DNA of 64,000 nucleotides, taken from Octopus sinensis. Its lineage: Eukaryota. This document shows positions 12,515 through 24,502 of the stretch, piece by piece. Each line of letters opens with the position of its first letter. Within the stretch, counting starts at the first letter, position 1. The notes under the pieces are model-generated. The model did no database searches. It was given only the letters and a program-made list of their open reading frames with translations, and was not told where the DNA came from. The stretch is taken from the NCBI RefSeq assembly GCF_006345805.1, contig NC_043003.1, positions 13,454,001-13,518,000 on the forward strand, in the 5' to 3' direction. The position numbers and the translations under genes were made by a program.

Positions 12515-13255
12515 TACGCAAATTTGTTGTTGAAAATGCACCTAAATTTGAAAAACTTGTAATTGTTAAAAATAAACTTATTTACATATATACCAAACTA
12601 GTTTCAACAACATTTTTTGTTTAAAAATGGTAAAAATTTTGAATTATAATTCATAATTCTAAATTTGTCAGCATTGAACTTTTTCTTATTCATAATTCTA
12701 AATTTTTACCATTTTTAAACAAAAAATATTGTTGAAACTAGTTTGGTATATATGTAAATAAATTTATTTTAAACAAGGTGTAGGAGTGGCTGTGCGGTGG
12801 TAAGTATAGGCGTAAGAGTGGCTGTGTGGTAAGTAGCTTGCTAACCAACCACATGGCTCTGGGTTCAGTCCTACTGTGTGGCACCTTGGGCAAGTGTCTT
12901 CTACTATAGCCTCAGGCGACCAAAGCCTTGTGAGTGGATTTGGTAGACGGAAACTGAAAGAAGCCCATCATATATATGTATATATATATGTATGTGTGTG
13001 TATATGTTTGTGTGTCTGTTTGTCCCCCCCAACATCGCTTGACAACTGATGTTGGTGTGTTTATGTCCCCGTAACTTAGCAGTTATGCAAAAGAGACTAA
13101 TAAAATAAGTACTAAGCTTACAAAGAATAAGTCCTGGGGTCGATTTGCTCGACTAAAGGCGGTGCTCCAGCATGGCCACAGTCACATGACTGAAACAAGT
13201 AAAAGAGTAATTATGTTTTTCAAATTTAGGTGCATTTTCAACAACATATTTGCCT
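12515..13255. repeat. Fold-back inverted repeat interrupted by SINE-B
   Basis: Inner arms about 12568-12645 / 12695-12770; outer arms about 12515-12560 / 13215-13255. Confidence 0.7.
12808..13210 (+). mobile_element. SINE family B
   Basis: Full-length match to the family B pattern. Confidence 0.85.
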
Positions 13256-13634
13256 ACATATATGTGTGTGTGTGTGTGTGTGTCTGTGCTTGTTCCCCCA
13301 TCACCGGTGTTGGTGTGTTTCAAGTCCCTCTAACTTAGTGGTTCGGCAAAAGAAAACAATAGAATAAGCACTAGGCTTTAAAAAAAAAACATAACTAATC
13401 CTAGGATTGATTTGTTTCACAAAAATCCTTCAAGGCGATGCTCCAGCATGGCCGCAGTCATATGGCTGAAACAAGTGAAAATGATAAAAAAGAAAAAAAG
13501 AATACTAAAAGAATAGCATAATTATTGTTGTATGAAACAACTTTTTAATAATTTTTTTTTCTTTCTCCATGGGGTATGATACTTGCTCTAAAATTCCACC
13601 AAAAAGATCTAACATTTAGGACAAAATGGCACTG

Positions 13635-14780
13635 TAAAATCATCATCATCATCATCGTTTAATGTCCGCTTTCCATGCTGGCATGGGTTGGATGATTTGA
13701 CTGAGGACTGGCGAACCAGATGGCTGCACCAGACTGCAATCTGATCTGGCAGGATGCCCTTCCTAATGCCAACCACTAATGTTCGAAGGTTGTGCTTCAC
13801 CACTTCATCCCAGGTCTTCCTGGGTCTACCTCTTCCACAGGTTCCCTCAACTGCTAGGGTGTGGCACATTTTCACACAGCTATCCTCATCCATTCTCACC
13901 ACATGTCCATACCAGTGCAAATGTCTCTCTTGCATACCACATCTGATGTTTCTTACGTCCAAGTTTTCTCTCAAGGCACTAACACTTTGTCGAGTATGCA
14001 CAGACATTACACATCCATTGGAGCATACTGGTTTCATCCCTTGCAAGCTTACGTATGTCCTCAGCAGTCATGGCCCATGTTTCACTGCCATGTAGCATGG
14101 CTGTTCATACACATGCGTCATACAGTCTGCCTTTTACTCTGAGCAAGAGGCCCTATGTCATCAGCAGCGGTAAGAGCTCTCTGAACTTTGCCCAGGCTAT
14201 TCTTATTCTAGCAGCTACACTTTCAGTACACTCTCCCCGCTACTGACTTGGTCACCTAGGTAACAGAAGTTATCAACTACTAGTTTTTCTCCTTGGAATG
14301 TGGCGGATGTTGTTCACTGCACATTTTCAGTGTTTATTGCTCCTGAGCCTCTGCCACATACAAAATCTATCTTCCCAGTTAGATGCACCTCTTATGTGTC
14401 CATAGCTTACACTGGGTACATCTTATAGAGTTTCTACCTATGCCTTTTCTACAGATCAAGCAGGGCCATCTACCTGAAGGGATTTGTGGTTTGTCTGCCT
14501 TCCTACTTATTAGGACTTTGGTTTTATCTAGGTTGACTCTAAGGCCCTTCGATTCTAATCCTTGCTTCCACACCTGAAACTTTTCCTCTAGTTCAGATAG
14601 TGAGTCAGCAATTAGAGCAAGGTCATCAGCATAGAGGAGCTCCCAGGGGCATCCTGTCTTGAATTCCTCTGTTATTGCCTGGAGGACTATGATAAATAGG
14701 AAGAGGCTGAGGACTGAACCTTGGTGGACCCCTACCTCTACCCGGAATTCTTCACTGTACTCTTTGCCAACTGACTTACT
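13635..14780 (-). mobile_element. RTE-clade LINE 3' part (RT pseudogene)
   Basis: GVHQGSVLS...ELLYADDLAL near 14620-14740, CxxC region WPCLICRKG, C-terminal LHWYGHVVRM...GRGRPRKTW, (GAT)n tail. Confidence 0.92.
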
Positions 14781-15025
14781 CCCACCCCAGAACTGCCTGG
14801 CCTTGAGCCAAATTTGGAAACTAATATTTTAGTTTTTCCCAAACTAATGCAAGTAAAATAAGGAAGCTATTTTGTGGCAGAAATAGCTGCCAAATCTCTT
14901 AAATAATACTCTGATGCTTGAAAGACTGAAAGAGGAGACATTGGGTAATTTAGCCATAGGTATGACATGGCTAAAGACAGGAGGTTCTTATCGACTGGAA
15001 ACACCTAAGTCTTCTTACTCATACT

Positions 15026-15949
15026 CTGTGTGTGTGTGTGTGTGTGTGTACTTTTTATTAAAGCTGCAATTTTAAAGATACTATTTTTATACCTTGTTTT
15101 ACACTTTTGTGATCGCCTGTGTGTGTGTGTGTGTGTCTGTGTGTCTATATATATATACACTGGAGTAAGCACATAAATGTGAAACAAGGTGGAAAAAAGA
15201 GTACTCAAACACCAAAGGTAGAGTAATAGAGTAATATGCTTTATTTAAAAGCAGCAGAAATATAACAACAGCTGTTACTCGGAGTTTTACGCTCCCGTTC
15301 GTCGGACAGTTTTGTTGACGAACAGGGAACGTGAAACTCCGAGTAACAGCTTTAGTTGTATATCTGCTGCTTTTAAATAAAGTATGTATGGAGAGGCACA
15401 TGCGGAAACAAGAACAAGTATTGATGTCATGGAGAACGAGTAACAAAAAGCACCAATCAGAGAAAACCAAAATTATACATCTATATATCTATGTGTGTGT
15501 GTGTGTGTGTGTACTTTTTATTAAGCTGCAATTTTAAAGATACTATTTTTATACCTTGTTTTACACTTTTGTGATCGCCTGTGTGTGTGTGTGTGTGTCT
15601 GTGTGTCTATATATATATACACTGGAGTAAGCACATAAATGTGAAACAAGGTGGAAAAAAGAGTACTCAAACACCAAAGGTAGAGTAATAGAGTAATATG
15701 CTTTATTTAAAAGCAGCAGAAATATAACAACAGCTGTTACTCGGAGTTTTACGCTCCCGTTCGTCGGACAGTTTTGTTGACGAACAGGGAACGTGAAACT
15801 CCGAGTAACAGCTTTAGTTGTATATCTGCTGCTTTTAAATAAAGTATGTATGGAGAGGCACATGCGGAAACAAGAACAAGTATTGATGTCATGGAGAACG
15901 AGTAACAAAAAGCACCAATCAGAGAAAACCAAAATTATACATCTATATA
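15026..15949 (+). repeat. Near-identical 462-bp tandem duplication
   Basis: Identical ORFs at 15099 and 15561 (offset 462); a 1-nt difference seen near the unit start. Confidence 0.92.
15272..15309 (-). ncRNA. Degenerate type I hammerhead ribozyme (duplicated at 15734-15771)
   Basis: CTGT-CCGACGA-ACG-GGAG-CGT-AAAA-CTCCGAG-TA-ACAG: stems I, II and III form; core substituted. Partial copy on + at 15316-15349 keeps GAAA. Confidence 0.65.
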
Positions 15950-16494
15950 TCTATATGTGTGTGTGTGTGTGTGTGTGTTTGTGTGTGTACACACATATGT
16001 ATAATGTGTATGCGTACGATATGTATAGGCATAAATGTATATGTATATATACACACACCTACACGCACACACACTCATCCCTTGGTTGATATCGTTTGAA
16101 TTAGCGTAGTTAAAATACCGTTACACATAGGTGCATCCACGATACATGTAAACAAATAATCGATCGCTGAGTATTGGATATTGGTAAGAGTTCTGTCTAT
16201 GCTGATTAGTTTGAGAGGAACAGTTCGATGTATAGCAGTAACGATATTCGATAAGCAAGTCTTAACGCAGCATTCTTTATTATTATTAATATTAATATTA
16301 TTATTATTACTTTAAAATATTTTTCGCTGTTTGTTTGTTTTTCTTCATTTTTCTGGCATTACAGAATTTATTTTTATTTTATTTTATTTCATTTTTTTAA
16401 AATTTTGTTCTTTGAGATTGATTGAGAGATTTAGAAAATATTGATACAGCAGGCAAATACATGTATCGAATCATATTCTATCAACATACACCTA

Positions 16495-16655
16495 CGTGTG
16501 TGTGTGTGTGTGTGTATATTCAAGTGATACATATGCACATTGAATACATCAGATATATATATATATGTGTGTGTATATATATATGTGTGTGTGTGTATAG
16601 GTGTGTGTATATGTGTGTGTGTGTGTATGTGTGTGTATATATATATGTGTGTGTG

Positions 16656-16686
<31 letters not shown>

Positions 16687-16780
16687 ATATATGTGTGTGT
16701 GTATATATGTGTGTGTGTGTATATATGTGTGTGTGTATATATATGTGTATGTGTATATATATGTGTATATATATATATTT
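16495..16780. repeat. (TG)n/(TA)n microsatellite
   Basis: Dinucleotide mosaic. Confidence 0.95.
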
Positions 16781-17102
16781 ATGGAATTTCTATAAACACA
16801 CACACAAACGTAATGAGTTTCATGGTTAAGACTATAAATATATAGATTCACTAGTGTGTGCACACACTCACACACAAATACGTGCGTGCACACACGCGCC
16901 AGTAATTTTCGCTTGAAGTATCCCCCATCCGTACAATAACTTCCAGCGGGAGTTATGTTGTTTCTCTTTACTTCTAATGCTAATGGAGACCTGTAAATGT
17001 GGGTGTGGCACACACACACAGAGACATACATATTTATATCATCATCATCATCGTTTAACGTCCGTTATCCATGCTGGCATGGGTTGGAAGGTTTGACTAG
17101 AC

Positions 17103-17303
17103 CAGTGCTTTCCAAACTTTTTGCTGGAGCGGAACCCCAAGGAAACCTTCCACTGGCTTGGGGAACCCCTGTGCAATAATTTGATAGTCTTATACACACA
17201 TATCTGCACAGCAGAATTAAAAATTATTGCCGATTTTAGCAGTTTTGTAACTTCTTGCGGAACCCCTGGACTGTACTGGCGGAACCCTGGTTGAAAACCA
17301 CTG
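17103..17303. mobile_element. hAT MITE, 201 bp
   Basis: TIRs CAGTGCTTTCCAAAC / GTTGAAAACCACTG; perfect 8-bp TSD GACTAGAC at 17095-17102 and 17304-17311; inserted in an RTE 3' UTR fragment. Confidence 0.9.
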
Positions 17304-18068
17304 GACTAGACTGAGAGACTGGAAGGCTGCATCAGACTCCAGTCTGATCTGGCATGGTTAGGCTGGATGCCCTTCCTAATGCCAACCACTCCGAGAGTGT
17401 AATGGGTGCTTTTACATGTCACTGACACAGGTGCCATTTGCGTGACACCAGTATCTGCCACGGCTGTGATTTTGCTCAGCTTGATGGGTCTTCTTCTCAA
17501 GCATGACATAATACCAAACGTCTTGGTCATTGCCTCCAAGAGGGCCCAACACGCGAAAGCAACTCAGCCATCTCACTTCTGTGGGGCCCAACACTCAAAA
17601 GAAACTCAGCCACTTTGCTTCCCTCCATGAGGCCCAACACTTGAAATGAACTCAGCCACCTTGCCTCCTTGAAAGGAACTGATATATATATATATAAAGA
17701 CGGGAACGTAAACACACCAGTATCAGTTGTCAAGCAATGCTAGGATGACAAACACACACACACATATATACATATATAAGACGGGCTTCTTTCAGTTTCC
17801 GTTCTACCAAATCCACTCACAAGGCATTGGTCGGCCCGAGGCTATAGCAGAAGACACTTGCCCAAGATGCCACGCAGTGGGACTGAACCCGGAACCATGT
17901 GGTTGGTTAGCAAGCTACTTACCACACAGCCACTCCTGCGCCTGTATGTATATATCCAGAAAGAAGCACACTTTAAAGTATAGAACATTAATGTATTGAT
18001 ATGCTCTTATGTGTTCAGTCATGGATATGAAACGATTGGTCACTCTATGACCACACACACACACACAC

Positions 18069-18099
<31 letters not shown>

Positions 18100-18110
18100 T
18101 ATACACATAT

Positions 18111-18396
18111 GTGTATATTTAGGGAAACCACTAGGTGGATAGCCAATATGCTAGAAGAAGATCACATTCGATCTAACTACAAAGAGAAATGTTCTCCAGA
18201 GAAAATTCTGCAAACACCAGAACATAAGCGGGCAAGACAGATGAAAATTATATAAAATTTTCATCTGTCTTGCCCGCTTATGTTCTGGTGTTTGCAGAAT
18301 TTTCTCTGGAGAACATTATTTTCTTTGTAGTTAGATCGTATGTGATCTTCTTCTAGCATACTGGTTATCCACCTAGTGGTTTCCCTGAATATACAC
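18111..18396. repeat. Long near-perfect palindrome
   Basis: Arms of about 138 bp around a ~5-bp AT centre near 18250. Confidence 0.92.
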
Positions 18397-18514
18397 GTGT
18401 ATTGAAATTTTTTCTGATTTTTCAGATTTTTTTATATATGCTAGGCTACTGGTTTTAAATTGATATTAATTAAATTAATATTCAATTTATCTCCCTCATT
18501 ATTTAAATTATATA

Positions 18515-18895
18515 TAGGCGCAGGAGTGGCTGTGTGGTAAGTAGCTTGCTAACCAACCACATGGTTCCGGGTTCAGTCCCACTGCGTGGCACCTTGGGCA
18601 AGTGTCTTCTACTATAGCCGTGGGCCGACCAAAGCCTTGTGAGGGGATTTGGTAGACGGAAACTGAAAGAAGCCCGTCGTATATATGTATATATATGTGT
18701 GTGTCTGTTTGTCCTCCCAACATCGCTTGACAACCGATGCTGGTGTGTCTACGTCCCCGTAACTTAGCGGTTCGGCAAAACAGAACTGATAGAATAAGTA
18801 CTAGGCTTACAAAGAATAAGTCCTGGGGTCGATTTTCTCGACTAAAGGCGGTGCTCCAGCATGGCCGCAGTCAAATGACTGAAACAAGTAAAAAA
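18515..18895 (+). mobile_element. SINE family B
   Basis: Full-length match. Confidence 0.85.
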
Positions 18896-19054
18896 AAAAA
18901 AAATACACACAATCACACACACACACACGCATCACACCCATATATATGTCATTGGAGTGCAGCTATGCAGGAGCACCACCTGGAAAAGAGTTTAGATGCA
19001 CAAATTGTTCCCAGTACTTATTTTTTAATCTGTGTATTATATCAGTCTCTTTTA

Positions 19055-19346
19055 TTGCACCCCTTTGCTCCAGAGCGTCGGCTGCGGGGTCACTCCGAAA
19101 AGCTCTATCTGCGACGATTTCATCTCAGTCGAAGGAGAGGGGCTTTCTCCGTCCGGGTTGCGGATCCGTGGAATAAGCTGCCGGACGAGATAGTGAAGAT
19201 GCTGACGACTGCTCGGTTCAAAGTCTCTCTTGGCCAGAAATGGCCTGAACTCTTTGCATGAACACCCTCCCTGTACATAACTCCATGTCCCCCTACATGG
19301 CCTTGCTTTTTGCTTTTTGAGCCCCCAAAAAATTAACTTAACTTAA
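19055..19346 (+). mobile_element. CR1-clade LINE 3' end
   Basis: LRGHSEKL...RRGAFSVRVADPWNKLPDEIV...FKVSL is the CR1 ORF2 C-terminal pattern; (TTAAC)n tail. Confidence 0.85.
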
Positions 19347-19639
19347 ATTGTGAGGATGTAAACAAACCAACACCGATTGTCAAGCCACTAGGATACACAC
19401 ACACACCTACATATATATCTGTTGATTCACTTGATTCTCTGAGAAGTGAGGAATCACAAAACTCAATACATAAGTAAAGAATATTCCTTAATGCATTCTT
19501 ACTAAAATGCTCCTAATTCCATTACTCTCGGTTTTACATTTCCGATTATTCAGCTGGTCATCTGAACCTGTTTTCATTTGGAATATCTGTTTGAATATAT
19601 TTTCAAATATTATAAGAAAGTTATGAAGAAAATGCTTAC

Positions 19640-20020
19640 TCTTTTACATGTTTCAGTCATTTGACTGCGGCCATGCTGGAGCACCGCCTTTAATCGAGCA
19701 ACTCGACCCCGGGACTTATTCTTTTGTAAGCCCAGTACTTATTCTATCGGTCTGTTTTGCCGAACCGCTAAGTAACGGGGACATAAACACACCAGAATCA
19801 GTTGTCAAGCAATGCTAGGGACACACACACGCATACATATATATATATATATATACATATATACGACAGGCTTCTTTCAGTTTCCGTCTACCAAATCCAC
19901 TCACAAGGCATTGGTCGGCCCGGGGCTATAGCAGAAGACAGTTGCCCAAGATGCCACGCAGTGGGACTGAACCCGGAACGATGTGGTTGGTTAGCAAGCT
20001 ACTTACCACACAGCCACACT
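19640..20020 (-). mobile_element. SINE family B
   Basis: Full-length reverse-complement match. Confidence 0.85.
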
Positions 20021-20489
20021 TTTTTTAAAAAACTGTGTGAAACATGCAAAAATGAGCTGACTCAAGCTTGTGTTCTTCATTTCATTTCTGGCTTTTGTGG
20101 GAATACTCCAAGCATCTCGAAGCTAATACTAGCTAAATCACTCTAAGAACATGAAATTGTATTGTTGTTTAAATAATATTTTAACCCTTTAGCGTTCAGA
20201 TTACTCTGTCAAATATAATGCTTTTTCATTCACATTGTTTTGAATTAATCCTGCATTATCTTGTAGCTCTGAGAATTTGATGATGTGATTGTTTTATTTT
20301 GAGGATGTCATTGTAGGATATGAGCAAGAGGCCAGATCTAGATGGCTTGACTATAAAAGAAGTAGAAAATTTGGGTCGGATATGGCCAGTTTAAATAATT
20401 TTAAAAAGTAATATTTTTAAAAAATGGTATTTTAAAAACAATGCATTTTCATATATATATAGATTCTGAGTGTTCTGGGTGTATTCCCA

Positions 20490-21345
20490 ACACTTTTCTT
20501 GTTGAACCAGGATGAAATTCAAGAAGACTAGCATTTATACAAAAGATATTTAACTCTGTGCATACATGGAGCTAGCAATTCTGTCCTTTTGTTCAAACTG
20601 CAGCATCCTTGAATCAAAATTCTTAATTTTCCACTCAATAAATATCACATTTTAATTTGATGCTACTGTACTTATCTACAATTGTTTGGGTAGTTTTGAA
20701 TTCATGAAAACTTGACCCATACAAGGACCGTAGCACATTTTTGTAATCAGGTCCAACAAATGAATATTTCTGCTTATAAAATCGATTTTTGAATGTCATT
20801 TCAGTTACCTCAATATATATTTTAGGCTCTTCTCTGATGTTTCTATTTTAGCACTGTATATCATCAACTTTGCCAAAACAGTTACCATCTATTGGGCAAC
20901 TCTCATGAATCCTGAAATTGCATCATTATTGCCAGTTAGGCATTTACCTATTTTTTACATTCAGTTTTGCAACATTATAACCTCTGAAATTCTTACAAGC
21001 AAAATAACCAACTTTAACACAGTTTCTATTTAATATCTTACTATACTTATAACCTGTTGGAAAATGGCTATCTAATAGATTAAATAATTCTCTAGCTGTA
21101 ATAGTTCTTACTGCTAGATTAAAAACTGGGTTGTACCATAAAATGTAACATTTCCTATTCCTGTTCTACACTGTTCTTCCTAAGTCTTTTTTATGTATTT
21201 GATTTTAGTGAAGAACTTCCTTGTTTCAGTACCTTATTATAATACCCAGTTACCTCCATCAGAGCATCTTCATTGGAAAACATTGAGGATACCCACTTAC
21301 TAATGTTGCCAACTGAGTTCCTCCTTATACTAGGTGAGGAATTCA
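20490..21345 (-). mobile_element. Penelope-like element, RT C-terminus plus GIY-YIG endonuclease (pseudogene)
   Basis: Translated pieces ILWYNPVF...LLDSHFP...ILNRNCVKVGY, CN..ESCPIDGNC, KIYIEVTEMTFKNRFY..KYSF, LNKRTELLAPCMHRVKYLL; stops and frameshifts present. Confidence 0.85.
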
Positions 21346-21745
21346 GTTGTCTCTCTATTTTTTATCTTTTACTATTTTTTTCAGTCATTGGACTGTTGCC
21401 GTACTGGATCACTGCCTTGAAGGAGTTTTGGTCAAACACATCGACCACAATACTTATTCTTTAAAGTCCGGTGCTTGAATGCGTTTGGTAGACAGAAACT
21501 GAAAGAAACCTATTGTGTGTGTGTGTATTTTTTTGTTCTTTTACTTGTTTCAGTCATTTTGACTGTGGTCATGCTGGAGCACTACCTCTTAGTCAAACAA
21601 ATCAACCCTTGGACATACTCTATGTAAGCCTGTTACTTATTCTATCAGTCTCTTTTGCTGAACCGCTAAGTTACAATGACGTAAACACACCAGCACCAGT
21701 TATCAAGTGGTGGGGGGCGGGACAAACAAAGACACACACAGATTA

Positions 21746-21789
<44 letters not shown>

Positions 21790-21906
21790 AAACGGGCGTC
21801 TTTCAGTTTCCGTCTACCAAATCCACTCACTAGGCTTTGGTTGGCTCGAGGCTATAGTAGAAGACACTTGCCCAAAGTTTCATGTGGTTGGGAAGCAAGC
21901 TTCTTA

Positions 21907-22317
21907 TTTCTTTACTGCCCACAAGCGGCTAAACATAGAAGGAACAAACAAGGACAAAGGGATTAAGTCGATTACATCGACCCCAGTGCATAACTGGTAC
22001 TTATTTAATCGACCCCAAAAAGATGAACGGCTAAGTCGACCTCGGCGGAATTTGAACACAGAATGTAGCAGCAGACGAAATACCTATTTCTTTACTACCC
22101 ACAAGGGGCTAAACACAGAGAGGACAAACAAGGACAGACAAACGGATTAAGTCAATTATATCGAGCCCAGTACGTAACTGGTACTTATTTAATCGACCCC
22201 AAAAGGATGAAAGGCAAAGTCGACCTCGGCGGAATTTGAACTCAGAATGTAGCGACAGACAAAATACCGCTAAGCATTTCGTCCGGAGTACTAACGATTC
22301 TGCCAGCTCGCCACCTT
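21907..22317 (-). mobile_element. SINE family A with duplicated tail (3' part of 5S chimera)
   Basis: Head AAGGTGGCGAGCTGGCAGAATCGTTAG at 22317, two tail modules. Confidence 0.85.
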
Positions 22318-22331
22318 TTTTTTTTCTTTTA

Positions 22332-22450
22332 TGCTTACAGCACCTGGGTTTCCCAAGCGGTCACCCATCTAAGTACTAACTCGGCTCAACGTTGCTTAAC
22401 TTCGGTGACTGGACGAGAACCGGTGCTTTCAACGTGATATGGTCGTAAGC
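22332..22450 (-). rRNA. 5S rRNA-derived copy
   Basis: GCTTACGACCATATCACGTTGAAAGCACCGGTTCTCGTCC...GGGTGACCGCTTGGGAAACCCAGGTGCTGTAAGC, 119 nt, followed by an A-rich tract rather than a T terminator. Confidence 0.93.
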
Positions 22451-22798
22451 TTCTTACCACACAGCAACACGTTTTTAAAGTAAAGGACTAAGCTTTGATT
22501 GGTTGTAATTTTGATGATGTCTTTTGGTTTTTGTCGTTGGTGTTTTGGTCAAAATATTTTTATTTCGGCAAAGTCTAGCATTCTGGTTGGTTGGCTTCCT
22601 GGTGACGTCATTTGTTTATCAAACATTTTCATTCCTTGCTGACCACAGTCAAGGAACAAGTTCTGATTGATTGTAAGTTTTGTGACATCATTTGTTTTGA
22701 TCAAAAATATTTTCCATTTTGGACAAAATATATTTTGGCAGAGTTCAGCGTTCTGCTTGGTTGACTTCCTGGTGGGGGATTTGGTAACCTGTTTGTGC

Positions 22799-23046
22799 TT
22801 GATGGTCATATAGTGTTCCATATATAGTGTTGATGGTTCCATAGTTCCATATAGTGTTGATGGTCATATAGTGTTCCATATTTAGTGTTGATGGTTCCAT
22901 AGTTCCATATAGTGTTGATGGTCATATAGTGTTCCATATTTAGTGTTGATGGTTCCATAGTTCCATATAGTGTTGATGGTCATATAGTGTTCCATATTTA
23001 GTGTTGATGGTTCCATAGTTCCATATAGTGTTGATGGTCATATAGT
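22799..23046. repeat. 58-bp minisatellite, about 4.2 copies
   Basis: Unit GATGGTCATATAGTGTTCCATATTTAGTGTTGATGGTTCCATAGTTCCATATAGTGTT. Confidence 0.92.
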
Positions 23047-23192
23047 AGGTTGGTTCCCTCAATGTTTATTTGGGGTTTTTTTTTCCAGAGAGTCTGGTTT
23101 TGACCAGAGAAAAGTTTTGTTGGTTTAGTCTTATATAATACAAACGTAATACAAAACCGATCTGCAGACTGTAGTAGTCAATAAAATAGAAA

Positions 23193-23445
23193 TCATCATC
23201 ATCATCATTTAGCGTCCGTTTTCCATGCTAGCATGGGTTGGACAGTTCAACTGGGGTCTGGGAAGCCAGAAGGCTGCACCAGGCCCAGTCTGATCTGGCA
23301 GTGTTTCTACGGCTGGATGCCCTTCCTAATGCCAACCACTCCACGAGTGTAGTGGGTGCTTTTTACGTGCCACCCGCACAGGAGCCAGATGGAGCTGGCA
23401 AACGGCCACGAACGGATGGTGCTTTTACGTGCCACTGGCACTGAG
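23193..23445 (-). mobile_element. RTE LINE 3' UTR fragment
   Basis: (GAT)n tail and TTAGGAAGGGCATCCAGC motif shared with the RTE at 13635. Similar fragments near 11410, 17040, 31465, 39000, 40620, 53520, 55245 and 58960. Confidence 0.8.
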
Positions 23446-23629
23446 GCCAAAATTTTAAAATTTATTCTTTCTGTATGGCTTGGAACTAAATGATCCATGG
23501 TCTGGTGGTCAAAGACCACTGCTGTAAATGAGCAAACCAACATTGCCATCCCCATTGGTTCTATCACAGTGACCAGTGGCAAGCAGGGCACAGGGGAAGT
23601 GCTTCCTTAATTCTGATGTTGCAAGGATG

Positions 23630-23920
23630 TTTTGAGGATGATGGTATTGCTTGTGAAGACTATTACTACCACCACCATCACCACTTCCACAACTACTACT
23701 ACTAAGACAACAACGACCACCACCAACACGGCCACCACTTCCATCACCACCACCAACATAGCTACCACTTCCACCACCACCGCAACTTCTACCATCACTG
23801 CTGCCAACCGCCATCACCACAATCATCATCACCATCACTACCAACACCATCACCACTATCAACACCACAACTGCCACAACCACCACCACTGCTACAACTT
23901 CTACCACCAGCACAACTCCT

Positions 23921-23951
<31 letters not shown>

Positions 23952-23980
23952 CAATACTACTACTATTACTACTACTAAAT
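23630..23980. repeat. (ACC/ACT/CAT)n microsatellite
   Basis: Trinucleotide array; accounts for poly-T/H/V ORFs. Confidence 0.95.
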
Positions 23981-24184
23981 TTCCATAAATTATTTCTCAT
24001 TTAGGCAGACTGCTGGTTCCACATCCAAGTATGAAAGACCGTCATTGGAGGATTAATTCAACAGCTTTGCTTCTAAGAGGCTTAAACATTTATATTTTCA
24101 AAGAATTGCCCATTTAACTACCAGTTTAATAAGTTTGATGCTATTTTCATCCTCCACAGATCTTCAGATATTTAACAGTATGTA

Positions 24185-24199
24185 GCATATATAAATTTA

Positions 24200-24232
<33 letters not shown>

Positions 24233-24469
24233 GTGTGTGTGTGTGTGTATGTATATATGTAAGTATGATGATACATAAATATATGCATGTATATATATAT
24301 ATATATATATATATTTGTATATATGTGTGTGTGTGTGTGTGTGTAGATATATATATATGTGTGTGTGTATGTGTAGATATATATATATATATACATACAT
24401 ACATGTACATATGCATGCATATATATTCACTTGCATACTTGCATGTGTGTGTGTATGTATATATATATC

Positions 24470-24502
<33 letters not shown>

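Noticed and set aside
18145-18185. Hammerhead-like CTAGAAGA-A-GATC...GATC in the palindrome arms
   Set aside because: GAAA is absent and the core is non-canonical in both arms.
22332-22450. Functional 5S rRNA genes (also 236-354)
   Set aside because: Isolated, mutually diverged, no proper T-run terminator on copy 2, and enclosed in TSD-bounded insertions.
22799-23046. CRISPR-like array
   Set aside because: Contiguous tandem units with no unique spacers, in eukaryotic context.
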